A program made the translations under genes and the position numbers. The notes under the pieces are model-generated. The model made no database searches. It saw nothing but the letters and a program-made list of their open reading frames with translations, and was not told the origin of the DNA. Positions 22,046 through 35,188 of a DNA stretch of 54,339 nt are shown here, in pieces. This DNA comes from Moniliella sp. 'wahieum' (taxonomy: Eukaryota). The DNA is taken from contig RSEE01000125.1 of the NCBI GenBank assembly GCA_003971905.1, positions 124,001 through 178,339 on the forward strand, read 5' to 3'. The first letter of the stretch is position 1; every line of letters begins with the position of its first letter.

Positions 22046-25000
22046 ATGATTGACGTGCTGTCGGCGACGGCAGTGGCCACCGCTCTGCATGAGACGCCGA
22101 CTGCGCTGCTTGCCCATGGGGACCGCCTCTATGTCGGGACTGCCTCGGGCTCCTTGCTGGTGTATGTGCCATCGGCGTCCGGCGAGACGATGCAGTTGTC
22201 CACCCAGCGGCGCGCACTCTCCCCGCGCGCCCGGCCAATCGACGCCCTCGCGATCGCTAAGGAGATTGACTGCCTCGTCGTCCTTTCGGATGCCAGCGTT
22301 TCGCTCTGTGTCCTGAGCGACCTTACCCTCGTTCCGCCCAGCCCACTTCCGCAAACACGCGGTGCTCTTGCCGTAGCTGTCGATACCTCGGTGCAGCCGC
22401 GGCGCCGACCTTCGCCTGACCTTCCGCGCTCATCTTCCGCCTGGCGCGTGGGGGACGACTCGGCCCGGTTGGCTCGGTCTTCCCGTTCTCCCCTGCAGGC
22501 TGTGGCCGGGCTGCGTGGCATGGAGACGCTGGCAGCCGAGAAAGAAGCGGAGCGGAAAGCGCTACGCGCGCGCATGCGCCACGACGAGGCATGCCGTCTC
22601 AGTGCTTCGGTAGCCGATGGGGACGACCCAGGGGCTTCGGAGCTGACCCTGGTCACTACCCTTGTGGTGGGGGTTCGGCGCAAACTCCTGTTTTTCCGCT
22701 GGGTCGATGGTCAATTTTGGGACACGCGCGAAGTCCCTCTTGCACATTCGCCGCGGTCCATTGTGCTTCCCACACCCACCACCCTCGCAGCTGCCTACAG
22801 CCTGACCGAATACACTCTTCTCGACCTTCCTCTTGCTTCTGAAAGTTCCACCTCCTCTCATCATACTGGCCAAGACGCCCAAGCCACCGATCCCTTCGCC
22901 ATTCCACCCTCCAGCGCTTCTGGCCCCTTGGTAGACTCGGCCTCCTGGCCTGCGCCTCACGACATCACCCTGCCCCCACCCGCAGAGACGGTGCCTACAG
23001 CCTCCCCTGATGGGTACGCAGGGTTTGGTGCGGCCTTGGGCCAGTTGCTCGTCCGCGCTGGGGCGAAGCAGCGCGACCCGCGCCTGGTCGTCGTGGCGGA
23101 CGACAAGTTGCTCTTCTGTCGCCGGGAGACTGGCACCTTCCTCTCCCTTGCACCTGGGAGGAAAATGGGAATGGAAAAGACGACCTGCTCTGGCCTACCG
23201 TACCCGAGACGGTCGTCGCCCTGAAGCCTTACATTCTCACCCTTTTGCCCCCTCATGGTCACGAAGCCACGGCCTCCTTGGTATCTCGGTGGGGCAGCGG
23301 AGGCGGTACCTCCCACCCCACCCATCCTGCTGGCGTCCAACTCACCTCACCTCAGACGGGGGCAGTGGTACAGGAACTGGCCTTGTCGATTGACCAAGCC
23401 GAGGCTGGCACGACGACGCTCCTCCCGCTTGCTACTGTCAACAGCAGTGCGACCAAAGCGCAGGCGTATGTGGTAGCTGTGTCTTCGGAGAGCGCGGCAG
23501 CGGAAAAGGTGGGCGCGACGATTTTCCGACTGGACTTGGTCTCGTGGGCCGAGCAGGCGGATGCGTTGGTGCGGTCGGGGGAGTACGTGGAAGCGCTGGC
23601 CCTGCTTGACAGTCTCGATCCCGCCCGTCTGCCTGATCGAGAGGAACGACGACGGCTAGTACGCACCCTGCGGGCGGTCACTCTCTTCTTGACCACCGCT
23701 ATGACGAGGCGCTATCAGACTTTATTGCGTTGGAAACCACACCTATTGTGCTGGCATTGTACCCTCCCTCGATCGCTGGCGACCTAGCCTTGCCCCCTGC
23801 CGAGTGGCTCTCCGCCTTTGGTGCACCTACCACGCCCGCCAAATACTTGGCCCGTCGTACCTCCCGGCCCCCTCGCGCGATCTCAGCACCGACCCGACCG
23901 GATCGCCATTGGCTTCGCCGTCCAGCACCCTTCCCGCTCGCTCACAGAGCATCCGACTCTCCCACTCTTTGGTCCCGGCGGACCGTACCAGCCTGGCCTC
24001 GGTCGGCAGTGGTCGAGGGTCCCTTGGGCCTGGAAGCCCCGTTGTGGCAGATGGGATGGAGGAAGGGGAGCCAGAACGAGAACGAGCACGCGCCCGGCCG
24101 CGTCGGCGTCCAAACGTGCTGCCAAGCAGCTCGACGCTCTGCAGAAGGACAAACGCCATTCACTCGATGCGCTAGGCAAGTTCCTAGCTGACCGAAGGAG
24201 GATTTACCAGTCGCTGTTGGAACGACACCCCGAGTCCCATGTGGCCCAGACCAAGTCGCAACAACATACCGATGCCTTAACTTTACGTGCCATCCCTTCT
24301 GTCCCTCTACACGCACTTTCCCTCGAGCAGCTGGCGGATGTGGCGCGGGTGGTGGACACGGCTCTGCTCAAAACCTTTCTCGAGACGAAACCGGGATTGG
24401 TGGGCTCGTTGTGTCGGTTGGAAAATTGGTGCGAGGTAGATGAGGTGGAGCAGCTCTTGTCGTCGGCAGGCAAATCGTCCGAGCTGATTGCGCTGTATGG
24501 CGGGAAGAATATGCATGCCAAGGCGCTTCAGCTGCTGCGGCAGTTTGGGGAACAAGTCACCATCGAGGAAGAGGCCGATAAGGAGGAACGGTTGGGTCCG
24601 ACGATCCGCTATCTCCAAAACCTCGACCCTAAGCATCTTCCTGTCATTTTGGAGGCGTCCCATTGGGTCTTGGAGGAAGATCCGACAATGGGACTGGAAA
24701 TCTTTACTGCCGATACGGGCAAGGTGGGCTCGTTCCGCAAAGCCTCCGTCACGGCCGATCTTCAGCAATTTGACCCCGCCTTGGCCATCCGGTACCTCGA
24801 AACCATTGTGGCTTGCGGGGAACAGGACCCAGCTCCCACGAGAAACTGATCTTTCTCTCACTAGAGCAAGCGGGCAGTATGAAGGTGGGATCCGACGAGC
24901 GCAGTGCCCTTCTCACCAAACTGCTCTTGTTTCTCAGGTCTTCTCATAGCTACCATGCCTCCCACGTTCTCGCCCGCCTGCCTGTTGCAGGCGCCCATGA

Positions 25001-25832
25001 TGTGGGCATGGTCGAGGTCCGTGCGGCCCTACTGGGACGGATGGGACATCATGCCGCTGCCTTGCACCTGTACGTTGATGTACTGCACGACCTTCCGCAG
25101 GCCGAGCGGTACTGCGAGCAGGTCTATGCCCTACCGCCCCCGCATACCCAGGCGCAGCAGGACGTGTTCCTCATCCTGCTCCAGACCTTGCTCCCACCTC
25201 CTTCGTCGTCAAGTTTAGCATCGGCCTCGGCCTCGGCCTCGGCGTCGGTGCCAATGGACTCGATTGGCTCCTTGCATTCAGGCAGGCGACGTACCGTTTC
25301 ACCTCCTGCCTCGCGGCCCACGTCACCCTTGCCCTTGCCGCGGCTGCGTTCCCCGCCGCACTCACGACAGAACAGCGCTTCTTCCTTTGGCTTTGATTCG
25401 CCCGTGGCGCCGACCGAGGAGCGGTGGACGCCGCACTTGGCGTGCTCGCCCGACACGGGCGCGCCATCGACCTGACACGCGCCTTACCGCTCGTCCCGCC
25501 CTTTGTTCCTGTCAAGCAAGTCAAGGGCTACGTTACCCATTCGCTCCGGCGCGCCGTGGCGGCGCAGGCGTCGGCGCACCTGCTGCGCTCTACCGCCGAG
25601 GCTCGGGGTGCAGCTTGACCATGCGCTGGTTGCGCTGCGCGGCCGGAGCGTGGTGATCACGGACGATTCGCGCTGTGCGCGTTGCAGTAGGAAACTCGGG
25701 ACCGTCGCGGGCTTGACGGTGAACCCAACGACGGGCGAGGTGACGCATTACTTTTGTCGTGCCGACGAGGAGGAGGAACAGCCGCGCTCCGAAGCGCAGC
25801 AGCAGCAGCACCTCCATGATCTTTATCTGTGA
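22046..25832 (+). CDS. VAM6: HOPS subunit Vam6/Vps39 (CNH domain, Vps39_1, clathrin-repeat region, Vps39_2)
   Basis: DRLYVGTASGSLLVY, LVVGVRRKLLFFRW, VVDTALLKTFLETKPGLVGSLCRLENWCEV, ELIALYGGKNMHAKALQLL, RAALLGRMGHHAAAL and C-terminal VVITDDSRCARCSRKLG...THYFC. Multiple apparent frameshifts. Confidence 0.94.
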
Positions 25833-26149
25833 GAATGGACTACCCTGCCCTGATGGTGGGCGATGCACTTGCTCTGGGACGAAGGGGTGGCTTTGCTTGG
25901 TTGGGCAGAGCAGCACCGATCGACAGAGGTGGGCCCCGTCTGCCAAAGAAAGGTCCCCTACCGCGCTGGTCCCCCCAGCAACACAACATAGGATGCAGAA
26001 CATGAAACAGATCTTTTTTTCAAAAATAAAATAGAACCCAGTGGGCTGCCTGAAGCCTGAAGCTTCGAGCAAGTCCAAGCTGGACGTCGGCACCTTTTCT
26101 GGGACGCGGCTGCTGGCCGGATGGCTTTCTGTCCTGCCTTGCTGCCACC

Positions 26150-26901
26150 ATGATTGCTACGCCGTCGACATCGCATGTCAAGCGGACAGAGTGGGAGGAG
26201 GTGTACGAGCCAGCGGAAGATACGTTTGCGCTGCTGGATGCGCTCGAGGCGGACGCTGCGTTGCTCCGCGCCCACCCGGCGCCGCTGGGGTGGAGAGGAG
26301 GGAGGGGCGGTGTGGTCAGTGCGTTTACCGCTGCGCTGCTGCCGCACAGGGGGTGGCACTGGCTACCGACCTGAATCCTGTCGCGGCCAACGTGGCGCGC
26401 AGGACGGCGGAGGCGAACCAGGCGGAACCAATGGAGGTGGTGGTCACGTCGCTGCTCACGGGCCTGGCGCCGCGGTTAAAGGGCAAGGTGGATGTGCTGC
26501 TGTTCAATCCACCCTATGTGCCCACGACGGAGGAGGAGGAACAGATGGCGCAACGCGCTGCGCCGCATGCCGACGCGCCCGCCCTGGCCGCCGCCTGGGG
26601 GGGGACAGACGGGCACCAAGCTGGTGGAGGCGCTGTTGCGGGCACGGCGCTGGCGGGGGGCGTGGCGCTGGGGGAGCTGCTGGCGCGGGGGGCGTGCTGT
26701 ACCTGGTGGCCATCAAGCAGAACGACCCGCCGGGGCTGGTGCGCCGGATGCAGCAGGGGCTGGAGGCCGAGGTACGTTGGGCGTGTGGGGGGGATGGTGG
26801 TGGTGGGGGGCTATGCTGACGGCGGGGACTAGGTTGTGTTGGCGCGCCGGGCGGGTGGGGAGCATCTGCACATCCTCCGCGCGCGCAAGCCAGGCGCATG
26901 A
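26150..26901 (+). CDS. MTQ2: eRF1 N5-glutamine methyltransferase (HemK2/N6AMT1 family)
   Basis: MIATPSTSH...EVYEPAEDTFALLDALE, ATDLNPVA and VDVLLFNPPYVPT. Intron 26772..26832, then VVLARRAGGEHLHILR. The SAM-binding motif I region is garbled by indels. Confidence 0.93.
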
Positions 26902-27312
26902 GCATGTGGGTGTTAACCCATGGATGGGAGGGCAAGGATGGGCTTACGTGATGGCCCAGCAGTGCTGAGGCTGTCTGCATTCAGTGTTAGCAGCCTTGCC
27001 TGGGCGATGCTCCGTAGCACAGGGGAAATGGGACGAAGGGCGAGGGCCAGCGCCACTGGCCATTGAACAGGACGAGGCGGGCTGGATGGAATATGCAGGG
27101 GGAGTCGATAGAGGGTGATCGAGGGATCCGCGTATCTGCCGCTGCCGAGCTGCGACAGCCGCGCTGCGCTGTTCTGCCGAGCCGCCGCGCCACTCAGGCT
27201 GGGCTGTGCTGGGCAGCAGGCCGCGTGCGATGGCACCGCCAGGACACGCACACGCGTGACCGATGGCATCGGTGATCGCGGATCCCATGCTGCTCGCTTC
27301 AGGCTTCAGGCC

Positions 27313-27347
27313 GCAGCACGCAGCACGCAGCACGCAGCACGCAGCAC
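27313..27347 (+). repeat. (GCAGCAC)5 heptamer microsatellite upstream of the PLD-like gene
   Basis: Five perfect units. Confidence 0.95.
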
Positions 27348-27436
27348 TCAGCCGGGGCTGAAACAGGCCCACCCGCCGCCCCTCCCGCCCCTTTGCACCC
27401 CCAGACCCCCCCACCCCCCCTCTCTCCGCCTGCGGG

Positions 27437-30400
27437 ATGCTGTGCCTGCCGTCGGGGCTGCATGCGCACCGCCCGCCCCATGCCGCTGCCCACGACGCCC
27501 CCCCCGCCGCCACCACGCGCCCTGCTGCCCACGCCCACCCCACCGTCATTGGCGCCGTCGCCGCCGTGCGCACCCACGCCCCCGCCGCCGCCGAGCCCCT
27601 GGCCGCCACCCTCTTCCCCCGCCCTCCCACAGCCCACGCCGCCGACCGCCGCTGGCCCATCCGCTCCGCCACCGGCCGCCGCGACGCCCACTGGGTCTGG
27701 TCCAAGGGCGCCGTGCATCCCGCCAATGCGCCCCCCGATCAGCACGAGCTCGACGCCATCTGCGACTACTTTGGCTATGCCCGCCCCTCCGCCTCCCAGC
27801 CGCTCGGCACCAGCGGACACAACAACCCCCTTCGCACCGGTCCTCCCGCCCCCAACGGCCAGCCGAGCAACACCCCAGAAGGCGTCCCGTCCCGCCTGTA
27901 TCTCATGGTACGCTCTCCGCGTCCGCTCCTACCTCGCGCCGGCTAACTTTCTCCCTCCCCCCCCCCCCCGGCAGATGCTGGCCGATGCACTGCTGCCGCT
28001 CCCACGCCACCCGATGAACGGCGTCGTCTCGCCCGCCTTGCTAGCTACCACGGGCATCGTTCCCCTTTCTATCTTTAGCACCGGCCCCGACATCATTGGC
28101 CACTACTATGACTGCATCATCTCGGCCCGCCGCGAGGTGGTGGTGATGACCAACTATTGGCAGGGCGGTCAAAACGTCAACAAAATTTCCGATGGCCTCC
28201 GCGAACTCAACCGCCGCGAGGCTGCACGCCAGCGCAACCACACCAGTCGTGCCGAGGAGGTGCACGACCCACGCGCGCCCGGGCAACCGCCCCGCAAAAG
28301 GATCGTTGTCAAGGTTATGTGGGACCGCGGTCCGCGCACGGTGGGCGACTTGTTCCGCATGCGCACCCCTGTGCCCATCTCGGAGTGGAAGGAGAATGGT
28401 CTTCCCACCCCGGACGAGGTGGAATGTCTACATATGGAGGTGCTCAACTACCATCGGCCTATCATGGGCACCTTCCATGCCAAGCTCCTGTTGGTTGACC
28501 GCCGCGTTGCCCTCGTCAACTCGAACAACATCCAAGACCGGCCCAACCTCGAGGCCATGGCCCGTCTTGAGGGCGACATTGTCAATTCGGTGTATGAGCA
28601 TGCACTTCTCTCTTGGGGCGTTGCCATGGACCCTCCGCTGCCTTGCTTAGAGGTGCCTGCGACGGCCGCCGACCCAGGAACCATGTCTTTTGCCTCTGTT
28701 TCCAGACGAAAGTCCCTCTCGGCACGACACAAGCCTCCCGTCAAGCTCGATGAAAATCCCCACGTGCCTCCAACGGAGGTACGACCGGGCCCCGCTGCGT
28801 CCGAGGACGATTTGGCACGATTGTCCAATATGACCATTATGAATCTGCGGGAACGGGCGCAACATGCTCGCGCAAGATTGCAACAAGATGCGGACGAAGC
28901 CGAGGCGGAGGAACTCAGTGGTGGCAACCACCGTCATTTGGCCGATGTGATCGCGTCCCGTCGGCGTCGGAACAGCACCTCGGTCGATGGCCAGCCATCG
29001 TCGCCCCACGACGAGGCCAAGCCCAGGTTTTCGGGGCCCCGTTCAGATGGAGAGCGACGAGGAGACGGCGTGGGATGCAGCACGTAAGGCCGGGAACCAG
29101 TGGCGCCAAAAAGTGCTCGGCGACCGCTTTTCCCGCCCTTCAACCACAGCAGGCACGTCGAGTGAAATCCCGCTCGAGGAGATCCACCATGCTTCCACGG
29201 TGCAGGCCGCACCGCCCGAAGGGGGGAGCCGAACCTTTGCAGACGTGGTGGAGTCCCTCATGCAAAAGGAAGGCATCCATCCCCCGGCTGGGCAGATGGT
29301 GCGTTGGATGCGCTAGGTATCGGTGAAAGTTCGTCCAAAAATGTAGCCCAAGAAGCAAGACGAGCCCGCGCGGCCCGACAAGGCCAAGTCCACGTCCCCA
29401 CCACGGTGCATGAGGAGGACCAGCTGTCACGCACCATGACGGCGCCCTCAACGATGACCCACGTAGCGCCTAGCGAGTGGCCGCAGACGCCGCGGTCCAA
29501 GGCGACGCTGGTGTCGTCGCCCCACGATAAGGATAAAGAGAAGGAACGAGAAGGGGGCAAGAGTGTCGGTGTGCGGAAAAGCAAACAATCTGTGCGTTCG
29601 TATGCATCCACAACTCGCGCTGGGCCACTGGACGACGCTCTGCAGCCCCACCCGGATGCGGCGCCGGGCGCCGAGGCACTGCACCATGCTGCGCTCAGCT
29701 CGCCGCCAACTCCTAGTAGCTTGCCCATTCCTGATGACGCCGACGCGGAGGATGGGCCGCCTGGTCTGCAGGGCTACCATCGTGCGCATCACGTGTCCCA
29801 CACCTTGCACCAGTCGGCTGCCGAACGCCTCAACAAGACCACGGGCCGATTGGACTTTGCCAACAACTCCAAGGTCAAAGGGGAGATCACGGCTGAGCGA
29901 CTGCACCGGATGAACCATGGGTCGGCACCAGCTGTGTCGGCGCCTGCGGTGCCCAATGGCGCGAGCGACTCGAGCTCGGACCCCACCACGGTACCTACTA
30001 CGACTACTGCGCCTACCACTGTGCCTGGCGCGTTGGACGAGGAGGAAAGTGCATCGTGTGGGTCGGGCGAGAGCGGGGCAGGTTCGATGGCACACGAAGA
30101 TGAGATTGTGTATGACCCGACGGATTTTAGTCCGTACATTTTCCATCGGCCCCACCGGCCGGTACCGATGGCATTGGTCAATCGTCGTCCGCATGGCACG
30201 CCGGGTCACTCGGACATTCGCAATCCGCAAGACGCCGCCTGGCTCGCCGGGTTCCGCTATGCCCAGCACATCTTTATCCAGACGCCGACGTTGAATGCTG
30301 CGCCGATCAAGGCTGCCGTCTTGGCTGCCGTGCAGCGCGGGGCCAAGGTCGAGCTCTGGCTTGATCTCGGCTTCAACGACAAGTCCGAGTCCATGCCGTT

Positions 30401-30794
30401 CCAGGGAGGCACGAACGAGCAGGTGGTCACGGGCATGTTTCGCTACCTCAAGTCGCATGCGCCTGAGGCACGGAAGAACTTGCATGTGTACTGGTACACG
30501 GGCAAGGACATGACCCGTCCACTCAATGCGGTGCGCAAACAACGTAATTGCCACGTGAAATTTGCTGGGTTTGATGGCCAGGTGGCCATCATGGGCTCGG
30601 GCAACCAGGATACCCAGTCTTGGTTCCATTCCCAAGAGATCAATGTCATGGTCGACGACCAGACCATCGTCCAGGAATGGATCGATGCCCTGCGCCGTAA
30701 CCAGTCCACCCACATTTACGGCCGCGTCGACGATGATGGTATCTGGCGCGGTCGCACAGGCACCCAAAAGGTCGACACGGGCAAGGAACACTGA
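27437..30794 (+). CDS. Phospholipase D/nuclease-superfamily protein with two HKD motifs and no PX/PH domain
   Basis: HAKLLLVD...NSNN (28476-28499) and HVKFAGFD...GSGNQD (30552-30575). Intron 27908..27974; frameshifts in the inter-domain linker (about 29040 and 29290). Confidence 0.88.
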
Positions 30795-30819
30795 GTACTG
30801 ATCCTGCTCACTTGATCTT

Positions 30820-31210
30820 GCCTTACTGTCCATCATCCACCATCCCACCATTCCTTGTTCCTTGTTCCTTGTTCCTTTTCCTTTTCCTTTTCCCTTCGCT
30901 CTCGCTCCCTTTTGTTTTGCATTTCCATTCTGCATCCCCCAATCCCCAATCCCCTCCCTCTTCCTCCCTTCCTTCCTTCTTCCCTTCTTCCCTTCGTCCT
31001 TCCTTTTATCCTTCTTACTGTACATTCCCCTTTCCTTTGTGCTCTTGACTGACTCACATCCGTTTTCCCTCGCACCTTGCCTACTTGGACAGCGTCGCTT
31101 CCGAAAAAACAAACCAAACAAACAACGCTTCTGCCTCCCCATCCCCATCCCCTTCTCCTTCCCCTTACCTTTATCTTTGCCCCGCGCCGGCGCTAACTTC
31201 CTCCCCCTCG
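30820..31210 (+). repeat. Long polypyrimidine low-complexity tract downstream of the PLD-like gene
   Basis: TTCCTTG, TTTTCC, CCCCAAT, TTCC and CCCCAT repeats over about 400 bp. Confidence 0.85.
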
Positions 31211-32793
31211 CTCCGCCTGAGACAGTGGGTGCAGGAAGGTGCTCCCGCAGGCTGCCTGTTCCGTTGGTACTTTGGTTGTCTGCCCTGACGACGACGATGA
31301 CGCCGGCCCAGAGCCCTACGTGCCTTCTCCCTTGGGGCGGAGCGGAGGGGGGATGGGGTGCGGCCAGGCTCCCAATTCAAATGCAATGGACGCTGAGACG
31401 AATACATAAGACGCGCTGCGAAGTGCCGCCAAGCGCCCGACCTGCTTTGTATCGCTGAGGCGTTTGGTATCTTGAGGCCCCTGCTCAAGCACAGCCTAGC
31501 GCTCCTCCGCAACTGTTGAACGTTTCGCTCCGGCTACGCAGACGCGGTTGGGTTCAAACGTTCAAATCCGGCAATCCCCGTTTGATTTCCACATCCCATG
31601 GAACTGTGACTCGCAGCGACCTGGGAAGTAGTGAGCGAGTAGGGCCGAAGCTGGAGGGTGTGATATGTGATGTGTGGGCTGTGATTTGGTGTGATAGCGT
31701 ACTGCGTCAGAGACGTAGAGGGGATGGTGGGGAATGTGAGCGGCTGAGCGTTGCAGCGGAACGTAATCATTAATCACGCATTGCGCAGGGAGGCATCATG
31801 CACCACGCGTCGCAGCGCGCGAGACGAGGGGGGAAGCTGGAAGACAGGCTGGACGCCACTTGCTCGTGCCGCTCGAGCCGCCCCCAGGTTCGGGCGATTG
31901 CAGCAAGGATGAGATCGGTGATCGGTGACCGGTGAAGATTGGCTAAGCGCCTGGCCAGCGTAAGACCGCAGCCTGCCGCGGGACGCGCTGAGCGTTCGCT
32001 GAACGCCCTGCTGCGCGCAGCCCAGCTCGGGCGTGCTGGGCACCAGCACAGTGTGCATGCGATGCTCGTCGGCTATTTGCCCGTGCCGTCCATCACATGC
32101 ATCACACCGGCTCACCCGCCCTGCCCTCCCGGGTAATAGCCTTAACTAATAGCCTTAACTGCCCGAGGTGGCTGAGGCGCTGAGGCGCTGAGGCCAGCGT
32201 CGCGTGGGCGCTTTCAGAGGCTGAGCGGCTCAGCCGCCCAGCGCGCTCAGCGCTGGCACTGGTCATGGTCAGCACAATAGCCTCATCGATCATCTCGGTG
32301 CATGCCCCTTTTCACCTTTCAAGTATCCGTGCCGGCCACCCCCACCCGACGATGCAACGCGGCACAGCCAAGAGAGCACGTACCCAAAGGAGGTCCATTT
32401 CTCTCGTTTGGCATGGGTAGTACCGTATGATACCGCGTTGACACGTTGACTCCAAGGCAGCAGGGGCACAGTGGATTGATGAGGCGAGGCGTACTTGGGT
32501 TTCATGCGACGAAACGCTAAAAAAACGGGATTGGTGATGCAATGCGAGAGATGGTCGAACGTACATTGAACGTTCAGGACACGCTCAGCGCTGAGGCTCG
32601 CATTCAACTTGAATATCCAGTGACGGTTTCAGCACGGGGGCAGTGTGGCTGGGGCGGATCAGCGTAACCAAATCTTGCGTGGCTACTAAAAAACAGATTT
32701 CTTTTTGCCGCCTTTTCCCATCAGTTCTTTTTCTTTCCCCCTGAGCCCCTCTCTCTGACCGCGCCACCACCACCACCACCCTTTCACCCTCCC

Positions 32794-34863
32794 ATGTCGA
32801 CGCCAACGGACGAAGGTGCGTCTCCGTGTTCTGGCTTCGCCCGTTGCTAGGCTAATTCTTCCCCCTCTGTCTGCATTCAGTCCACGATGCCGACTCGGTG
32901 ATGCCCCCCCACGAAACTGAGCGCAGCGGCACCAGCTCGGACAGCCCAGGCGCCGCCACCCACCTGCTTTCGCTCACCGCCGCTGAGCGCCTGGACCGGA
33001 TCCTTTATCCGCGTGACTGCTTCACCTCGGACAAGATTTACTGGGCCGACCTACCGTCCCGCCGCCGCATGCGCTGGGTCAATGCTCAGAACAACGCTGA
33101 GGCCAAGCGCGAAATTGGCGTCATCTGGCGCATGTTCAAGAACGACCCCCTTTCGCCACTCGGTGCATACTTTCAAAACTATGCCATCACCGGCCTTGGG
33201 CTCTTTGTCGAGGGCTACACTCTGTTTTCTGTCGGCAATCTCCAGCCGCTCTTCAAGATCGTCTGGCCCGAGTGCTGGAAGACATTCAAGGTCTGCAACA
33301 AAACCTGGACCGAGGCTACCGACTATCTTCAGATCATTGGCATTGTCCTCGGCCAGTTCTGTGTCGGTATCGAGTCTGACTGGATTGGTCGTCGGTTCGG
33401 CATGGTACAGAATGCACTGATCATGACGCTAGGCAGTATCATGCTGACCGCCATGTGGGGTACATCCCTCAACGGCTGGGTCATCTGCTATGCTTGGTGC
33501 CAGTTCGTCTACGGCTTTGGCGTTGGTGGAGAATATCCCATCGTCGGTACCACCTCTATGGAAAGTGGTAAGGGGATGGGTGCGGATGAGCGGGATCGCA
33601 TGCATCGTGGTCGCCGCGTGCTCCTTTCCTTCCTTATGCAAGGATGGGGACAGGTGGCGAACCAGGGGCTGCTCATCATCCTCATGCTCATCTTCCACAA
33701 CCGCTTGGGCGACACTGATTACAACAAAACCTCGACCCAGTGGACGTTCCGTGTTTCGTTTGGCATCATTGCTGCCTTTACCCTCTTCCTTGCCTACCTT
33801 CGTTTCTACCGTATCAAGGGCGTCGACGATGCGATCAAGGCCGCCAAGGCGCGGGCGGGACGACGTCAGGGTATGATCTGGTTTCCCTTAAGCTTGCCAT
33901 GGGCCATTATTGGCATCGCCTCATTGCGACTTGCCTTGGTTGGGGCGCCAACGATTTCGCCTTTTACGGCAACAAGACGTTTAGCGGTGTCTTTATCCAG
34001 ATCATCACCGCATCTGCGTCGGTTCGCCTGACTTGGCTCTACAACCTTATCAACGTGGGCGTCTCCTTGGCTGGATACTATTTGGCGGCACTGCTGATTG
34101 ACAACAAAAACTATGGGCGCAAGTGGATGCAAGCCAACGGGTTCATGATGCTCTTCATCCTCTTCCTCATTGCCGCTGCAGCGTACGAGCCGCTAACCAA
34201 GCAGGCGCAGGGGTCAAAGGATTTATGGCACTCTACTTCCTAATTGGGGTCTTCAACCAGCTCGGCAGCAACACCACCACCTTCCTCATTGCTGGTGAGT
34301 CCTACCCAGCCTCCATTCGCGCCACCGCCCATGGCATGTCCGCTGCCTGTGGCAAAATGGGCGCCTTGATTCCCGCCGCGCTCTACCCGCACATTGGTGA
34401 CCGGGCCAAGTTCTGGCTCGGGATGGGGCTAGCTGCGATGGGGTGGGTGGTCACCCTCATCTTTGTCCCAGACACGTCCGGGTTGGACCTGCGGGAGCTG
34501 GAGCGGTACTGGTCTTATGTTCGGGACGGCCGAGCGAACGATTACCACGGTGTGGCGGTGCACCCGCGCCACCTGAGCTTGTTTGAACGTGTGGTCCTCC
34601 ACCGCCATCGTACTTACAACCCCGAGCTGGATCGTCAAGCAAAGATGGACGAGATGCGCACCGCGTATGACGCTATGCGCGCCGTCAACGGGGTTAAGTT
34701 TGAGCCGTCGGACATGAGCGCCGAGCAACGTGAGTTCCTCGAGATGGAGCTTACCAGCTTCTTCAACTCGGACCGCAAACTGCGCACCCACGATGTGCTT
34801 GCCTCCCACGAAGCTGCCACCCACCCATCCAAGTTGGCAGCGCTCGAAAAGAAGTTGCATTGA
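32794..34863 (+). CDS. MFS phosphate:H+ symporter (PHS) family transporter, Pho84/Git1-related
   Basis: GLGLFVEGYTLF, SDWIGRR, GFGVGGEYP, MQGWGQ, WGANDFAFYG and NTTTFLIAGESYPASIRATAHGMSAACGKMGA. Intron 32816..32880; frameshifts at about 33855 and 34208. Confidence 0.88.
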
Positions 34864-35188
34864 TGCTTTCAAGCTTCAGCTTCGCCCTGCCGTCACCGCA
34901 CCATGTTATCTATACTTTGCTGTCCCTCTTCCATCTCATTGTACCCTTTCATTGTACCTGCCGCGCCCCCTATGACCCCATTTCTCCTCTGGCCCTGTAT
35001 TCCACAGGCTTGCGGACCATGCATTTCTGTTCCCTGTTGAAGAACCCCATGTATGTCCACTAGAGCAATAGACGAGCACGCCATTTAAGGCCAAACAATA
35101 AGGTCCGGACACTCTATGAGGTTGTGTAGTGCACAGTCGCAAACCCAAGATCATAGATTACTGTGGGCTTCATCCCTTGTCTACTGAA

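Noticed and set aside
31500..31580. tRNA-like B-box GTTCAAATCC
   Set aside because: No T-stem pairing, acceptor stem or A-box. It is adjacent to an AACGTT palindrome unit.
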